From Candidatus Altiarchaeota archaeon (GTDB taxonomy: Archaea > Altiarchaeota > Altiarchaeia > IMC4 > QMZM01): 64,000 nucleotides of DNA. The notes beneath the pieces are model-generated. The model was not told the DNA's origin and searched no databases. It was given only the letters and a program-made list of their open reading frames with translations. The position numbers and the translations under genes were made by a program. Of this stretch, positions 19,462 through 29,934 are shown in pieces (within the stretch, counting starts at the first letter, position 1; each line of letters starts with the position of its first letter). Where the stretch lies: contig JAWAEV010000001.1 in NCBI GenBank assembly GCA_038891095.1, positions 100,468-164,467 on the forward strand. The letters are read 5' to 3'.

Positions 19462-21743
19462 GTTATCACCTTTTGCTCATTTGATTTACACCATAATATT
19501 GGATTCTCTAAATTTATATCTGAAGATAAGTAGGCTTTCCATGAAACTTTATAAGTGCCGCTCCCACAGAAAAACTGCGCTTCAGCAGTTCCTTGCTGAT
19601 TGTTCTTTGCTATAGTTATGCTATTGCTCACAATCTCACCAGTTTCAGCAACTTTGAACAAGAAGAGTATTTTAACATCTTGGCCAACATAATTGCTATA
19701 CTCTAAGCTGCAGGTATATGAACCATCATTTTTCTTACATGTGAATGATCCAACAGTGAAGCCAGTTATTGTTGTTGTGGTTGTTGTTGATGAGGTTGTA
19801 GTGGTTGTTACTGCACTGCACACACCATCATGTAACTTAGAAACTCCCTTTTGTTTTCTTACGCAGTCATTTGGATAAGTTTTACCATCACAGCCACAAA
19901 CTGGCTTGACTTCAGCACTGCAAACTTCTGGTTTTAGAGTGCATTCTCCTTGCCCTTTGCAAGCTCCAACTGAAAATTCACAAAAGCTATCTTTTTCGCA
20001 ATCATTATCTGAAGTACATATTTTTGGTGTGGGTATTTGCTTGTTTCCAAAGTTAGCTTCACTAACAGTGTTCTTATTTACAGTAATATCAAGTTGTGTT
20101 GGAGTTGTTGCTTTCCATCCAGTAGTAGCTTGTTCAATTATTTTATATGTGCCAACAGGTATACAGTTTGTTACAACAATGCCTCCTGTTTCTGTTGTAA
20201 CATCAATGTCTAAGCCCTGACCAGAGACTTTGAATTTGAAAGTTGGTATGCCAACTTCTCCAGCATCCCATTTGCCATCTTCATTGGCATCATTAAACTT
20301 GAAGATTTTTATATAACCACAATCTTGTATTGTTGTGGTTGTTGTTGATGAGGTTGTTGTAGTGGTTGTTGTTTTTTCTGGGGGAGTTGGTTGTGTAGTT
20401 ACTGATGTTGGAGTAGTTGTTGTTGGAGCTCCAGGACAATCCTGTTCATTTGTAATGCATGTTCCTCCAAAGAAATTGCAGATAGTACAATCACCTAAGC
20501 AGAAATTCACTAACCAATTACACCAACTACAGCCAGATTGAGTGCAAATTTTGCAATCTTTTTTCTGCAAACAATCATATGGAATTGTTGTTGTGGTTGT
20601 TGTACCTGGAGAAGAAGTAGTAGGAGTAAATGGGGGGGAGGTAGGAGGCTGAGTGGCTGTTGGTTGTGTAGTTATTGGTGTGGGGGTAGTTGTTGTCACT
20701 AAATCCTCGCAGCAAGTATCTCCACAACAGCCTTGTTGACATTTTTTATCAAATTTCCATCTATAAACCTGACCAGAACAAAGCTCGTAAAGAATACAAA
20801 ATTTCTCCCATATATATTTAATACCTTCCATTTGTTGAGTAGTTGGATGCGTTTCCTTGCTTTTGATCCAATCATCAATTGCCTTTAAAACTTCATTATC
20901 ATCTATCACATAATCATCATTTGCATCATATTCGCAAGCTGTTTGACCAGCTGCTTTCTCAGCATCCTTGCAACTGTTTATTTGTGTTGGCGTGTAGGTT
21001 GTAGTAGTTGTTACTCCTCCACCAGAGCAATCGCTTAATTTGGATATACACTTACCAGAACATTTTGAGCAGGAAGAAAGACACATTCCTGTTACTCCCC
21101 CAGTGTCACACCATACACAACCATTGTTAAAATTACAACTCTGACATGTGCTACCATAATCACACGCTGTAGGTGGTACTCCATCTGTGGTTGTTGTCGT
21201 ACTTGGAACTCCGCCCTTAACACAACACTTCCAAGTACTGAAACAATCCATTTGACCTAAATCAGTTTCATCACTCTTGCATTCCCAGATACAGTGTCCG
21301 CCAATTTCCGAGCACGTTTTTTTATTAGGATTTTTTACACAACAATACCAATCACTAAAACAATCTTCTTTTTTACCAATATTGTCCTCTGTATAATCAC
21401 ACTTCCATGTACATCGTCCGCCTGCTTCTTTACATGTTTGTGGTTCAGGAACATCAATGCACTTTGCATCTGAGCAAACTTTTCCTTTTAGACCACAATC
21501 CTCCACAGCCATCCAATTATAGCAATTTTTACCAGTGATAGGATAACACTCCTGAACAATTTTGCCTGTTGGATCACATCTGCGTTCTTTGCTATCAGAT
21601 TGGGATTTCGTGCACGGATCTGGACAGGAAGTTTGTGAATTTGTAGCAACAGGGAGGGCTATTACTAACATTACAAAAATTAAAACTAATACTACTAAGC
21701 TTCTTGACTTTTTGTTTTTATTTGTTGTTTTCGTTCTTGGCAT
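19455..21743 (-). CDS. Cys/Thr-rich surface protein with defensin-like and PSI-like repeats, EF-hand-like, SdrD-B-like and Kazal domains
   Basis: CKEAGGRC..YCC; CQSC..GCVWC; FNDANEDGKWDAGE; CSAEVKPVCGCDGKTYPNDC..GVC (Kazal). Confidence 0.85.
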   Translation of the reverse strand: MPRTKTTNKNKKSRSLVVLVLIFVMLVIALPVATNSQTSCPDPCTKSQSDSKERRCDPTGKIVQECYPITGKNCYNWMAVEDCGLKGKVCSDAKCIDVPEPQTCKEAGGRCTWKCDYTEDNIGKKEDCFSDWYCCVKNPNKKTCSEIGGHCIWECKSDETDLGQMDCFSTWKCCVKGGVPSTTTTTDGVPPTACDYGSTCQSCNFNNGCVWCDTGGVTGMCLSSCSKCSGKCISKLSDCSGGGVTTTTTYTPTQINSCKDAEKAAGQTACEYDANDDYVIDDNEVLKAIDDWIKSKETHPTTQQMEGIKYIWEKFCILYELCSGQVYRWKFDKKCQQGCCGDTCCEDLVTTTTPTPITTQPTATQPPTSPPFTPTTSSPGTTTTTTIPYDCLQKKDCKICTQSGCSWCNWLVNFCLGDCTICNFFGGTCITNEQDCPGAPTTTTPTSVTTQPTPPEKTTTTTTTSSTTTTTIQDCGYIKIFKFNDANEDGKWDAGEVGIPTFKFKVSGQGLDIDVTTETGGIVVTNCIPVGTYKIIEQATTGWKATTPTQLDITVNKNTVSEANFGNKQIPTPKICTSDNDCEKDSFCEFSVGACKGQGECTLKPEVCSAEVKPVCGCDGKTYPNDCVRKQKGVSKLHDGVCSAVTTTTTSSTTTTTTITGFTVGSFTCKKNDGSYTCSLEYSNYVGQDVKILFLFKVAETGEIVSNSITIAKNNQQGTAEAQFFCGSGTYKVSWKAYLSSDINLENPILWCKSNEQKVITC

Positions 21744-21747
21744 TTTT

Positions 21748-24700
21748 TTATTTTTTAACGCAACATATGTTATTAGTTTGACAATCTAGTTGTCCCATAT
21801 TATTTTCATCACTCTTGCAACCTGTGTATTTGAGCTCACATCTGCCATTTAATGCATGACATTCTCCAACAGTTATTGAAATTGAGACATATTGATTACT
21901 TGCTGGTTTACCATTCATTCCAATAGCTTCACCTCTGAAAACATATGTGCCCGGATTTATAAATTTGCGGGTAAGTTGAGTTGAGCAAGTTTTTGCTCCA
22001 ACGCACATTTTTAGAGTTTCACCTCTGCACTCATTTGCCTCATCTCTAATACAAACATTGTTTATCCCTTTTGGGTCATTAGTTGTAGCAGTTAGATAAA
22101 TTGTAAATTGCTCATCTTTTTTCACAACTGTTTTTGAGGCAGAAATCGATAAGAAAGGTGCTTCATCTATTGGAGCAGTTATTGAAGTTGTCGAACTGGT
22201 TGTCGTTGTCGTAGTTCCTCCTGGTTGTCCACCGCCTCCACCAACAATAACATTCGTTGGTGAGCATAAAACCGGTGGGCTCGCCAGTTGCAAATTCCCG
22301 GTAATTTTATAAGTTCCGGGATTTGGATATGAAAATTGATTGTCTAAGAAACATGTTCCACTCTCACCTTTACATGGCCCAACACTAGTTGCTTGATTAT
22401 AGCCACTATGTACATAGAAGTACTTGTCCTGTGGGTCCATATTTTGATAGTTTACTATGACTTTTATCTTCTCATTTATTTGTGGATTTTGTGGTGAAAC
22501 TGAAATTGAGCAAGAAGCTCCACCTGGGCTTTGAATGCACTGACCATTTTTACATATCTGTGTTGAAGTGCATTTTGAAATACATTGCCCATTTTGACAT
22601 ATCTCACAATTCTTAATATCACAATCATTATCATTCTGGCATGCCTTAGCGGAGACACATTGGCCGTTTATGCAAACTTCATTCGGCTTGCATTTAGTTA
22701 CGCATTGTCCATTTTCGCATTTCTGGCAAGGATTACAATCAGCATCACTTTGACATTTTGTTGGTGTTGGTCCTGTACCTTCACATTTGTATTTGTTTCC
22801 TGTTAATGGATCGCAACAAGTTGCTCCTGGAGTATAACAAATTCCACCTTCAGTACAACCTGTTAAACTGCAACCAAGCTTCCAGAAGAGCACAACTGCA
22901 CATGCTTGATTTAGAGTTATCTTGAAATAAATCATATAATCTTTAATCGCATTATTCCCTTCGTTAGCATCTATTTTCCCATCTTTATTTGTATCGTATT
23001 TTAAAACAGCTTGTAGTAGCTGAGAATCTTTCAGTATGTCTTCACAACTCCATTGTGGGCAGTTAAATGGTAGAGTTGTGGTTGTAACTCCTGGGGGAGT
23101 TGTCGGAGTGGTTGTAACTCCTGGGGGAGTTGTTGGGGGAGTGACTCCACAGCAAGTATCGCCACAACAGCCTTGAGAGCAATACATTTTCTCAGACCAG
23201 GAACATGAAAGTCCACAACATAAATTTCCACAGCATCCTTGATCACAATCTTTAAATTTCTCCCAGACACATTTCTTTGGTGGTGGACCACCACAACTTG
23301 AGCCTTCAGGAGAGCATTGATCTTGACCAGCACCAGAAACTTTCGTGCAGATGTTATTCTTGCATTCAAGATGAGTTTCTTGACAGTTAGCTAAACAGTT
23401 TTCCTTACTTGGTGCGACAAAGGAGGTTATTGGTTCATTATTACAACACCATAATGCACTACCTCCAGTAAATACATTACCACACTTACATCCAACTTCA
23501 TTTTTACCATCACATTTTTGATATTTACACACCTTTACCTCAACAACAAATTTCTCAATTTTACTTTCCTTAGCTTCATTACAACCTTTAACTTCTACTT
23601 TGTATAGATAAACTCCAGGATCTACAGGATTTCCTTTATTGTCTTTTAAGTTCCAAGTATATTTATTTCCATTTTGCCAACCGCTTGTGAAAATTTCTGC
23701 ACCACCAGATGAATAAATATGGACATTTATTTGTTCTATTCCTTGCCCAATTGCTTCAAAAGTTACTGATACCTTTGCAGATGTATCAACTTTTATAGAA
23801 TCTAATTTGAGAGGGCATTGTGTTGGAGGAACACCATTCACTGTAATTGTCACTGATCCACAATTCGGAGGTGTTCCAACACCACCTTGCAGAGTTGCTG
23901 TTACCTTGAATGTTCCTTTTGAATAATATTTGCATGTGGTTTCACATTTTCCACTACCACAATTTGGATAAACATTTTGACCATTTCCGCAATCTACTGT
24001 AGCTTTTGTTGCGCCATAGCCACTATAGTAGACAGTTATTTTCGAACCGACCCAACCACCACTATCAGGGAATTTTAAATTTGTTGGATCTGCAGAAATC
24101 GAACAAGTTCCTTGGCCACCACAACTTGAGCCTTCAGGAGAACATTGATCTGAGCCAGCACCAGAAACTTTTGTGCAGACATTATTCTTGCATTCTAAGT
24201 GAGTAGCACCAACTGTTATACAGACACCATTCTCGCATTTTTGATTTTCACCACAAGTTAAGGTTCCTTTCTCACATTTTCCAAGGTAACAATACCAGCT
24301 ATATACTGTTTTTGTATCCTTACATTCATCTTTATATGTACCACTTGGGTCCTTACAAGTAGTACCAGACTTCTCACATGCTGAAACATCAACTTTCTTA
24401 CAGCAACAATATTTGCCAGTTTCACATAAACCTCCTCCAGGTATCCTAGCTTCCACATAGCCCTCAGGGCATTTTTCTGAAGTATGACACAAACTCTCAG
24501 AATATCCTCTATACTTACACTCTGCAAGACATGATTTTGCATCAGATAAAGCAAAAATGTCCTGTGAGATTCTTCCAACAGGTCCGACAGCTTGCAATAA
24601 AAAATCTTGTGAAGTACACTGACATTGATACATTGCATTTCCAGCACAGCAATATTCGCCTTCATTCTGGCAAGTTGCTCCTTGAGAACATCCTCCCGGA

Positions 24701-27096
24701 GGAACAGTAGGTGTTGTAGTACATGAATCCGTGCAATCATTGCTAGTGCATTTACTTGCTTCCCAACATGTATTGTCTGACTTTCTCCATAAACATTTTG
24801 CTTTTGTTTCAGCTACACATTTTTCACAAGTCTCATGTCCTTTACCAGTATCGCAAGGGGCACCCTCACATAGTTCAAGACATTTTTTATGAGCCGCATC
24901 TGCTGCAGCATAACAAGCAACCTTAGTGCCTTCACACCCAAGATAACATGCTGGTTTTGTTACAAGATTACAAAACCAATCATTTGGATCACAAACAATT
25001 TTATCACATGCCTCATTACATAATTTTTTCCCCTCATCACAGGCCTTATATGCTAATTTCTTTGCTTCATCACATGCGAGTTTGCATAGAGGATTCGGCT
25101 CAGCTATTGTTCCTACCTCAAGTAAAGAGTAAGGTTCACCCATCTCTATTATTTTTAGTCTATATGCGCTGAGAATCTTCTCCTTTTGCTCATCTGTTAA
25201 ATTTCTATTTTTATTTAATTCTTCTCTTGCCTTTTTTTCAAATTCATACTCGAATATTGATACAAAACCTCTTCCTGTTGAAATTCTCTCAGAAGTATAA
25301 AGGTATCTATATCCATAGGAGGGCTCATAAGAAGGACGACCTATGAGAAAATTACATTTACATTCATACATCCAATTTGTTGTTGGATCACAACATTTTG
25401 CTCCAGGAGTTTGACATGAAGCACCTTTGGAGCATCCTGTTGGAGAAGGAGGGGTTGTTGGACCTGGACCGCCACATTTAGAGTTATCCCAACCTGAATT
25501 TGTGCAAACTGAGAGATCACACTGCTTATTTGTATCTTTTTTATCACATTCCCAACCACAGACTTTTATTCCCGGACTAAATAAACTATAGAACCACCTA
25601 ATTAATTCAGAAAACCAGTTAGATGCGATAGTAGGAGCACCTTCAACACATTTTGCTTGGCCGCCATAGTAGCATATACCACCAACTGCGAAAGGACATG
25701 TTGGTTTAGGTTGCGGGCAATCTGAATCTGAACAACAATAGTCTACACATCCCGAAATACAATTTTCTTTTTTCCAACAGGTTTTATCTGAGGGCCTCCA
25801 TAAACATTTAGCTTTTGTTTCACCTAGGCATAACGCGCATGTTGGATGTGTTTGTGTTGCACAAGGATATGCATCAGCACAATTTTTATAACATTTTGTT
25901 ATATCCTTACAATCCCCCTCTCCCTTAAGCCAACAGGTACTAGTTGAAGGATTCCAATAACAATCGGCCTTTTGTTCACTTACGCATAACTCGCATGTAG
26001 GATGAGTTAAAGTATTACAAGGGCTACTTGGTTTCTCTTTACATACATTCTCTGGTCCAGTATCTGATTTTCCACAGTAGCCACTACAGCATTCCGAGTC
26101 TGAATTACATCTACGCCCATTTTCTTTACATGTTGTACCACAACTCTCTCCTTCTTTATTACATGTATTTGTTCCCGCACCTGATACTTGTTTACATTTG
26201 TTTTCTATACATTCTAAGTGATATTGTTCAGGTTGCCCTCCACATTTTGATAGAGAGTAAATACATTCTCCAGGACAGTCATCATTGCACTTTAATAGTT
26301 CTTTACATTTTGAAATCCCAGAAGTACACCATGCACATTTTGAATCTGATAAACATTCGTTACAACTTCCACGAAGAGAACAAATAGTTGAGGGTTCCCC
26401 ACTTTTACACTCTTTCTTAGTAGCATCACAGCCATAAGGACAAGTTTTAGTTGTCCATTTACCATCAGCACCACATTCTTTCAGATTATCTCCATCGCAT
26501 TTTTTTTCTCCAGGAGTACACTCCTGAGCAGGTTTATCCTCACATATACAACAACATTCACCTGAGCATTCTGCTTTGCCATAATAACAATTTTTGAAAT
26601 TTTTATTTTTACTTTTACAATAGGACTGACATTTACTTGCATCACCTACAACACAGGTCCCTCCGGCAATTTGGCAATCTTTAGCTGGCTCTTTATCTTT
26701 ACAGTAACAACAACCAGCAAAACCCATTCCTTCACATTCCTTAGAGGTAGTGATCCATTTATCAAGTTCTTTTTGTAAGCTATTGCAATGGGTTTCGCAA
26801 GCAACTTTCCCATATTTACATGTTCCTCCACTTTTTGTGCAGTCTGAGTCTAACTTACATACACAATTAGAACCTTCTTTTACACATTTCTTCCCAGCAT
26901 CAGGACCTTTACAATTGCTATCATAAGGTTTCCATACATTGTTTATACAGTCACAACAGCCATTAGTTTCTCCTTCAAAGCACTCAGTAACTTTTGCAGA
27001 AACTTGAGTAATGATAAACGAAAATACAATTATAATTAAGAATATAAATATTAGTTTTTCTATAAACAAAAGTTTACCTTTGCTTTCTGTTTGCAT
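21748..27096 (-). CDS. Giant Cys-rich secreted/surface protein (1782 aa) with internal repeats, FlgD-like Ig and EF-hand-like motif
   Basis: Signal anchor; HLEC..N.C.xVSGAG repeat x3; WNLKDNKGNPVDPGVYLYKV; KYDTNKDGKIDANE. Confidence 0.85.
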   Translation of the reverse strand: MQTESKGKLLFIEKLIFIFLIIIVFSFIITQVSAKVTECFEGETNGCCDCINNVWKPYDSNCKGPDAGKKCVKEGSNCVCKLDSDCTKSGGTCKYGKVACETHCNSLQKELDKWITTSKECEGMGFAGCCYCKDKEPAKDCQIAGGTCVVGDASKCQSYCKSKNKNFKNCYYGKAECSGECCCICEDKPAQECTPGEKKCDGDNLKECGADGKWTTKTCPYGCDATKKECKSGEPSTICSLRGSCNECLSDSKCAWCTSGISKCKELLKCNDDCPGECIYSLSKCGGQPEQYHLECIENKCKQVSGAGTNTCNKEGESCGTTCKENGRRCNSDSECCSGYCGKSDTGPENVCKEKPSSPCNTLTHPTCELCVSEQKADCYWNPSTSTCWLKGEGDCKDITKCYKNCADAYPCATQTHPTCALCLGETKAKCLWRPSDKTCWKKENCISGCVDYCCSDSDCPQPKPTCPFAVGGICYYGGQAKCVEGAPTIASNWFSELIRWFYSLFSPGIKVCGWECDKKDTNKQCDLSVCTNSGWDNSKCGGPGPTTPPSPTGCSKGASCQTPGAKCCDPTTNWMYECKCNFLIGRPSYEPSYGYRYLYTSERISTGRGFVSIFEYEFEKKAREELNKNRNLTDEQKEKILSAYRLKIIEMGEPYSLLEVGTIAEPNPLCKLACDEAKKLAYKACDEGKKLCNEACDKIVCDPNDWFCNLVTKPACYLGCEGTKVACYAAADAAHKKCLELCEGAPCDTGKGHETCEKCVAETKAKCLWRKSDNTCWEASKCTSNDCTDSCTTTPTVPPGGCSQGATCQNEGEYCCAGNAMYQCQCTSQDFLLQAVGPVGRISQDIFALSDAKSCLAECKYRGYSESLCHTSEKCPEGYVEARIPGGGLCETGKYCCCKKVDVSACEKSGTTCKDPSGTYKDECKDTKTVYSWYCYLGKCEKGTLTCGENQKCENGVCITVGATHLECKNNVCTKVSGAGSDQCSPEGSSCGGQGTCSISADPTNLKFPDSGGWVGSKITVYYSGYGATKATVDCGNGQNVYPNCGSGKCETTCKYYSKGTFKVTATLQGGVGTPPNCGSVTITVNGVPPTQCPLKLDSIKVDTSAKVSVTFEAIGQGIEQINVHIYSSGGAEIFTSGWQNGNKYTWNLKDNKGNPVDPGVYLYKVEVKGCNEAKESKIEKFVVEVKVCKYQKCDGKNEVGCKCGNVFTGGSALWCCNNEPITSFVAPSKENCLANCQETHLECKNNICTKVSGAGQDQCSPEGSSCGGPPPKKCVWEKFKDCDQGCCGNLCCGLSCSWSEKMYCSQGCCGDTCCGVTPPTTPPGVTTTPTTPPGVTTTTLPFNCPQWSCEDILKDSQLLQAVLKYDTNKDGKIDANEGNNAIKDYMIYFKITLNQACAVVLFWKLGCSLTGCTEGGICYTPGATCCDPLTGNKYKCEGTGPTPTKCQSDADCNPCQKCENGQCVTKCKPNEVCINGQCVSAKACQNDNDCDIKNCEICQNGQCISKCTSTQICKNGQCIQSPGGASCSISVSPQNPQINEKIKVIVNYQNMDPQDKYFYVHSGYNQATSVGPCKGESGTCFLDNQFSYPNPGTYKITGNLQLASPPVLCSPTNVIVGGGGGQPGGTTTTTTSSTTSITAPIDEAPFLSISASKTVVKKDEQFTIYLTATTNDPKGINNVCIRDEANECRGETLKMCVGAKTCSTQLTRKFINPGTYVFRGEAIGMNGKPASNQYVSISITVGECHALNGRCELKYTGCKSDENNMGQLDCQTNNICCVKK

Positions 27097-27289
27097 TCTT
27101 TAATTTTAAATTTTTTATATGCAAAAGTTATTATAAATTAGGCAGACAGAATATAAAAACTTTTTGTTTTTTGATGCTTTGTTGAATAATCAAATTCGGC
27201 CAATAAAGCTTAATGCTTTTATGCTCTGTTAGAGAAAAAACACAATATTGCATATCTTTTCCTTAGTAGAATCACTCTATCAGAAACTT

Positions 27290-28043
27290 TTAGTCTGAGT
27301 TAAAGTCTCGATTTAAACAGTTCAAATGCTCCAAAGAAACCTTTACTTATTTCTCTCTCATATTATAACTTCTCTCATCCTAAATCTCTCCAAGGTTGTC
27401 TCTCAATCTGACTTTATAACCTAGCTTCATAGCCAAGAAGTTTAATTAGAGTAGATAAGCTCAACAACTTCATCAAGAATTTTAGCTAATGAGATCCTTT
27501 TTTCCTTTTCGTAATTTCTTAGAAGCTTTTAATTGGGAAAATGTGAAGATGATGTCTGTTATATACAACACCAGTCCAAGATTAGAGTATGCATCTCAGC
27601 TATTCTCTTAGCCAGTAAGTTAGCTTTGTTGAATCCAAAACACTATAAGAATAACTTCTCTATCCAATATTGAAGAAGTTTAAAAGAAAATTTCTTTTTC
27701 AAGTAATGTACAACACAATGGTCTACCTATTTATTAAAAACTAACTTATAATCACAATACTGAGCAGTCTCAAAGAATGTGTATTACTCTATTTTAGAAT
27801 TAGTATTGTCAGATAATCAGCTAACAATTCATTTTTGCATTTCTTTCCAGTTTTCTTTTCAAATAGATTTGTAAACTACTTCCGAGAAGTTTCCTCTTTT
27901 TTATCAAAAAGTGGTTTATATCCTTGCGTGAAATCTTTTAACAGGGATTTGTTATTTTTTCGTGTAATTATATTACACGAAACATTCCACACTCTTTTCT
28001 ATTTTTTAAACACGACCTGCAATGATAGTTTTTTAATCTCATA
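27290..28043 (-). pseudogene. Possible heavily degraded gene remnant (DDE transposase-like?)
   Basis: About 1 kb without a credible ORF; minus-strand fragments SVLDSTKLTYW and EREISKGFFGAFE interrupted by stops and frameshifts. Confidence 0.3.
27958..27982. promoter_or_regulatory. Perfect inverted repeat, 11-bp arms with 3-nt spacer
   Basis: TTTCGTGTAAT-TAT-ATTACACGAAA about 125 bp upstream of lplA; function unknown. Confidence 0.4.
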
Positions 28044-28106
28044 AAACCACTATTAATTGTTCTATAAATAAACTTTTTAATTTATGTGTAAGGTTTAGGT
28101 ATAAAA

Positions 28107-28865
28107 ATGCGAGATAAAATTTGGCGTTTATTGCCTTTGATTGAAACAAATGCTTCAATGCAGATGGCAATAGATGAAGCAATCTTAACTACAAGAGCAA
28201 AAGAAAAAGTTCCAAATACCCTAAGATTCTATACATGGAAACCACAAGCTGTTTCAATTGGATATTTTCAAAGTGCTGAAAAAGAAGTTAATTTAGAAAA
28301 TTTGAAATCGTATAATGTTGATTTGGTTAGGAGAATTACTGGTGGCGGGGCTGTTTTTCATGATAAAGAGATTACATATTCTATTGTAATTTCAGAAAAG
28401 GATGCACCATATGACATTCAAGAATCATATGAAAAAATTTGCAATGCTTTAATTATTGCTCTGAATAATCTTGGTCTAAATTCAGAATTCAGAAAAATTA
28501 ATGACATTTTAGTTAATGGAAAAAAAATTTCTGGCAGTGCACAAACAAGAAAAGAAGGGATAATCTTGCAACATGGCACTTTACTTTTAGATCTAGATGT
28601 AGAGAAAATGTTCTCTCTCCTCAGAGTTCCTGATGAAAAAATTCGTGACAAGATGATCTCTTCTGTTAAAGAGAGAGTTACTTCAGTAAAAAAAGAACTA
28701 GGCAGAGAAGTTTCTATAGATGAAATCAGAAATTTGCTTATAAATGGCTTTTCAGAAAATTTTTCTGTCTCATTCTCTGAAGAAAATTTAACTTCAGAAG
28801 AAAAAAAACTTTCAGAGAGATTACAGAGAAAATATCTCTCAGAAGAATGGACATTTAAAAGATGA
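28107..28865 (+). CDS. lplA: Lipoate-protein ligase A, catalytic domain
   Basis: MAIDEAI, RRITGGGAVFHD, KKISGSAQ, QHGTLL. Confidence 0.92.
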   Translation: MRDKIWRLLPLIETNASMQMAIDEAILTTRAKEKVPNTLRFYTWKPQAVSIGYFQSAEKEVNLENLKSYNVDLVRRITGGGAVFHDKEITYSIVISEKDAPYDIQESYEKICNALIIALNNLGLNSEFRKINDILVNGKKISGSAQTRKEGIILQHGTLLLDLDVEKMFSLLRVPDEKIRDKMISSVKERVTSVKKELGREVSIDEIRNLLINGFSENFSVSFSEENLTSEEKKLSERLQRKYLSEEWTFKR

Positions 28866-29140
28866 TTAAAGAAATTGACTATAAAATTCCGAATGGAAAA
28901 TTGATTAGAGTTGAGGCAGAAATTGAAAAAGAAAAACTAAAGAATTTAAAAATCACAGGAGATTTTTTCATGCACCCTGAAGAGAGTATTGAATTAATAG
29001 AGAGTTCAGTTAAAGGAAAAATTTTAAAAAGAGAAGAAATTGAAAAATCAATAAGGGAGGTTATTCGAAAAAACAGAATTCAACTATTAGGAATTTCTGA
29101 AAAGGATTTTGTTGATGCTTTAATGAAATTGAAAAGTTAG
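28862..29140 (+). CDS. Lipoate-protein ligase C-terminal accessory subunit (LplB-like)
   Basis: KIPNGKLIRV..ITGDFFMHPEE; coupled to lplA. Confidence 0.85.
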   Translation: MIKEIDYKIPNGKLIRVEAEIEKEKLKNLKITGDFFMHPEESIELIESSVKGKILKREEIEKSIREVIRKNRIQLLGISEKDFVDALMKLKS

Positions 29141-29192
29141 GCACTACATGAGGGTATATCAAAATTTTAACTTAAGTTAATATTATTACATT

Positions 29193-29933
29193 ATGAGCAC
29201 ATTTTATTTTATACTTATCGCAACTTTATTCAACAGTTTAATTGCTCTAATTGGAATTTTTTCAATTTGGATAAGTGATAAAACACTGAAAAAAATTTTA
29301 ATTGCTCTTGTCGCTCTATCAGCAGGAGGTTTGCTAAGTGGTGCTTTTTTTCATTTGATGACTGAAGCGATGGAAACTCTCAGAGCAGAACTTGCCTTTT
29401 TGTATCTAACTTTTGGATTTATCTCATTTTTCATAATGGAAAAAATTCTTTTTTGGCATCATTGCCATGAAAGTGGAAAATGCAAGACACATCCTTTCAC
29501 TTATCTCATCTTAATTGGTGATGGCATCCATAATTTTATCGATGGTTTAGTAATTGCTGCAAGTTTTCTCATAGATATAAATTTTGGAATAACAACAACT
29601 TTCCTAATAATAACGCATGAAATTCCCCAAGAACTTGGAGATTTCGGAGCGCTTATTCATGGTGGCTTCTCAAAGATAAAAGCTTTGATTTTTAATTTAA
29701 TTTCACAGATGACATGCATTGTTGGGGGCATTATTGGATTTTTACTTTCTGGTGAAATTCAATTTATAAATGCTCTCTTGCCATTTGCAGCAGGTGGCTT
29801 CATTTATATTTCCGCCTCTGATCTAATTCCTGAACTTCATAAGGAGGTCGATCTAAAGAAATCCTTAATTTCATTCGTATTTTTTTTGTTAGGATTTTTA
29901 TTGATATTTGCAATAAAATTACTTGAACATTAA
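29193..29933 (+). CDS. ZIP family metal transporter
   Basis: HNFIDG, HEIPQELGD, His-rich loop, multiple TM helices. Confidence 0.92.
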   Translation: MSTFYFILIATLFNSLIALIGIFSIWISDKTLKKILIALVALSAGGLLSGAFFHLMTEAMETLRAELAFLYLTFGFISFFIMEKILFWHHCHESGKCKTHPFTYLILIGDGIHNFIDGLVIAASFLIDINFGITTTFLIITHEIPQELGDFGALIHGGFSKIKALIFNLISQMTCIVGGIIGFLLSGEIQFINALLPFAAGGFIYISASDLIPELHKEVDLKKSLISFVFFLLGFLLIFAIKLLEH

Positions 29934-29934
29934 A

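Noticed and set aside
15276-20541. Val-rich short ORFs (15276, 17699, 19693, 20335)
   Set aside because: Antisense shadows of Thr-rich (ACA/ACT) linkers
21748-27096. Multiheme cytochrome or Fe-S protein from the high Cys content
   Set aside because: No repeated CxxCH motifs; signal peptide and spacing fit disulfide-bonded extracellular modules
27835-28044. 69-aa plus-strand ORF
   Set aside because: TTG start, Phe-rich composition and no motif; more likely a shadow of a decayed minus-strand gene
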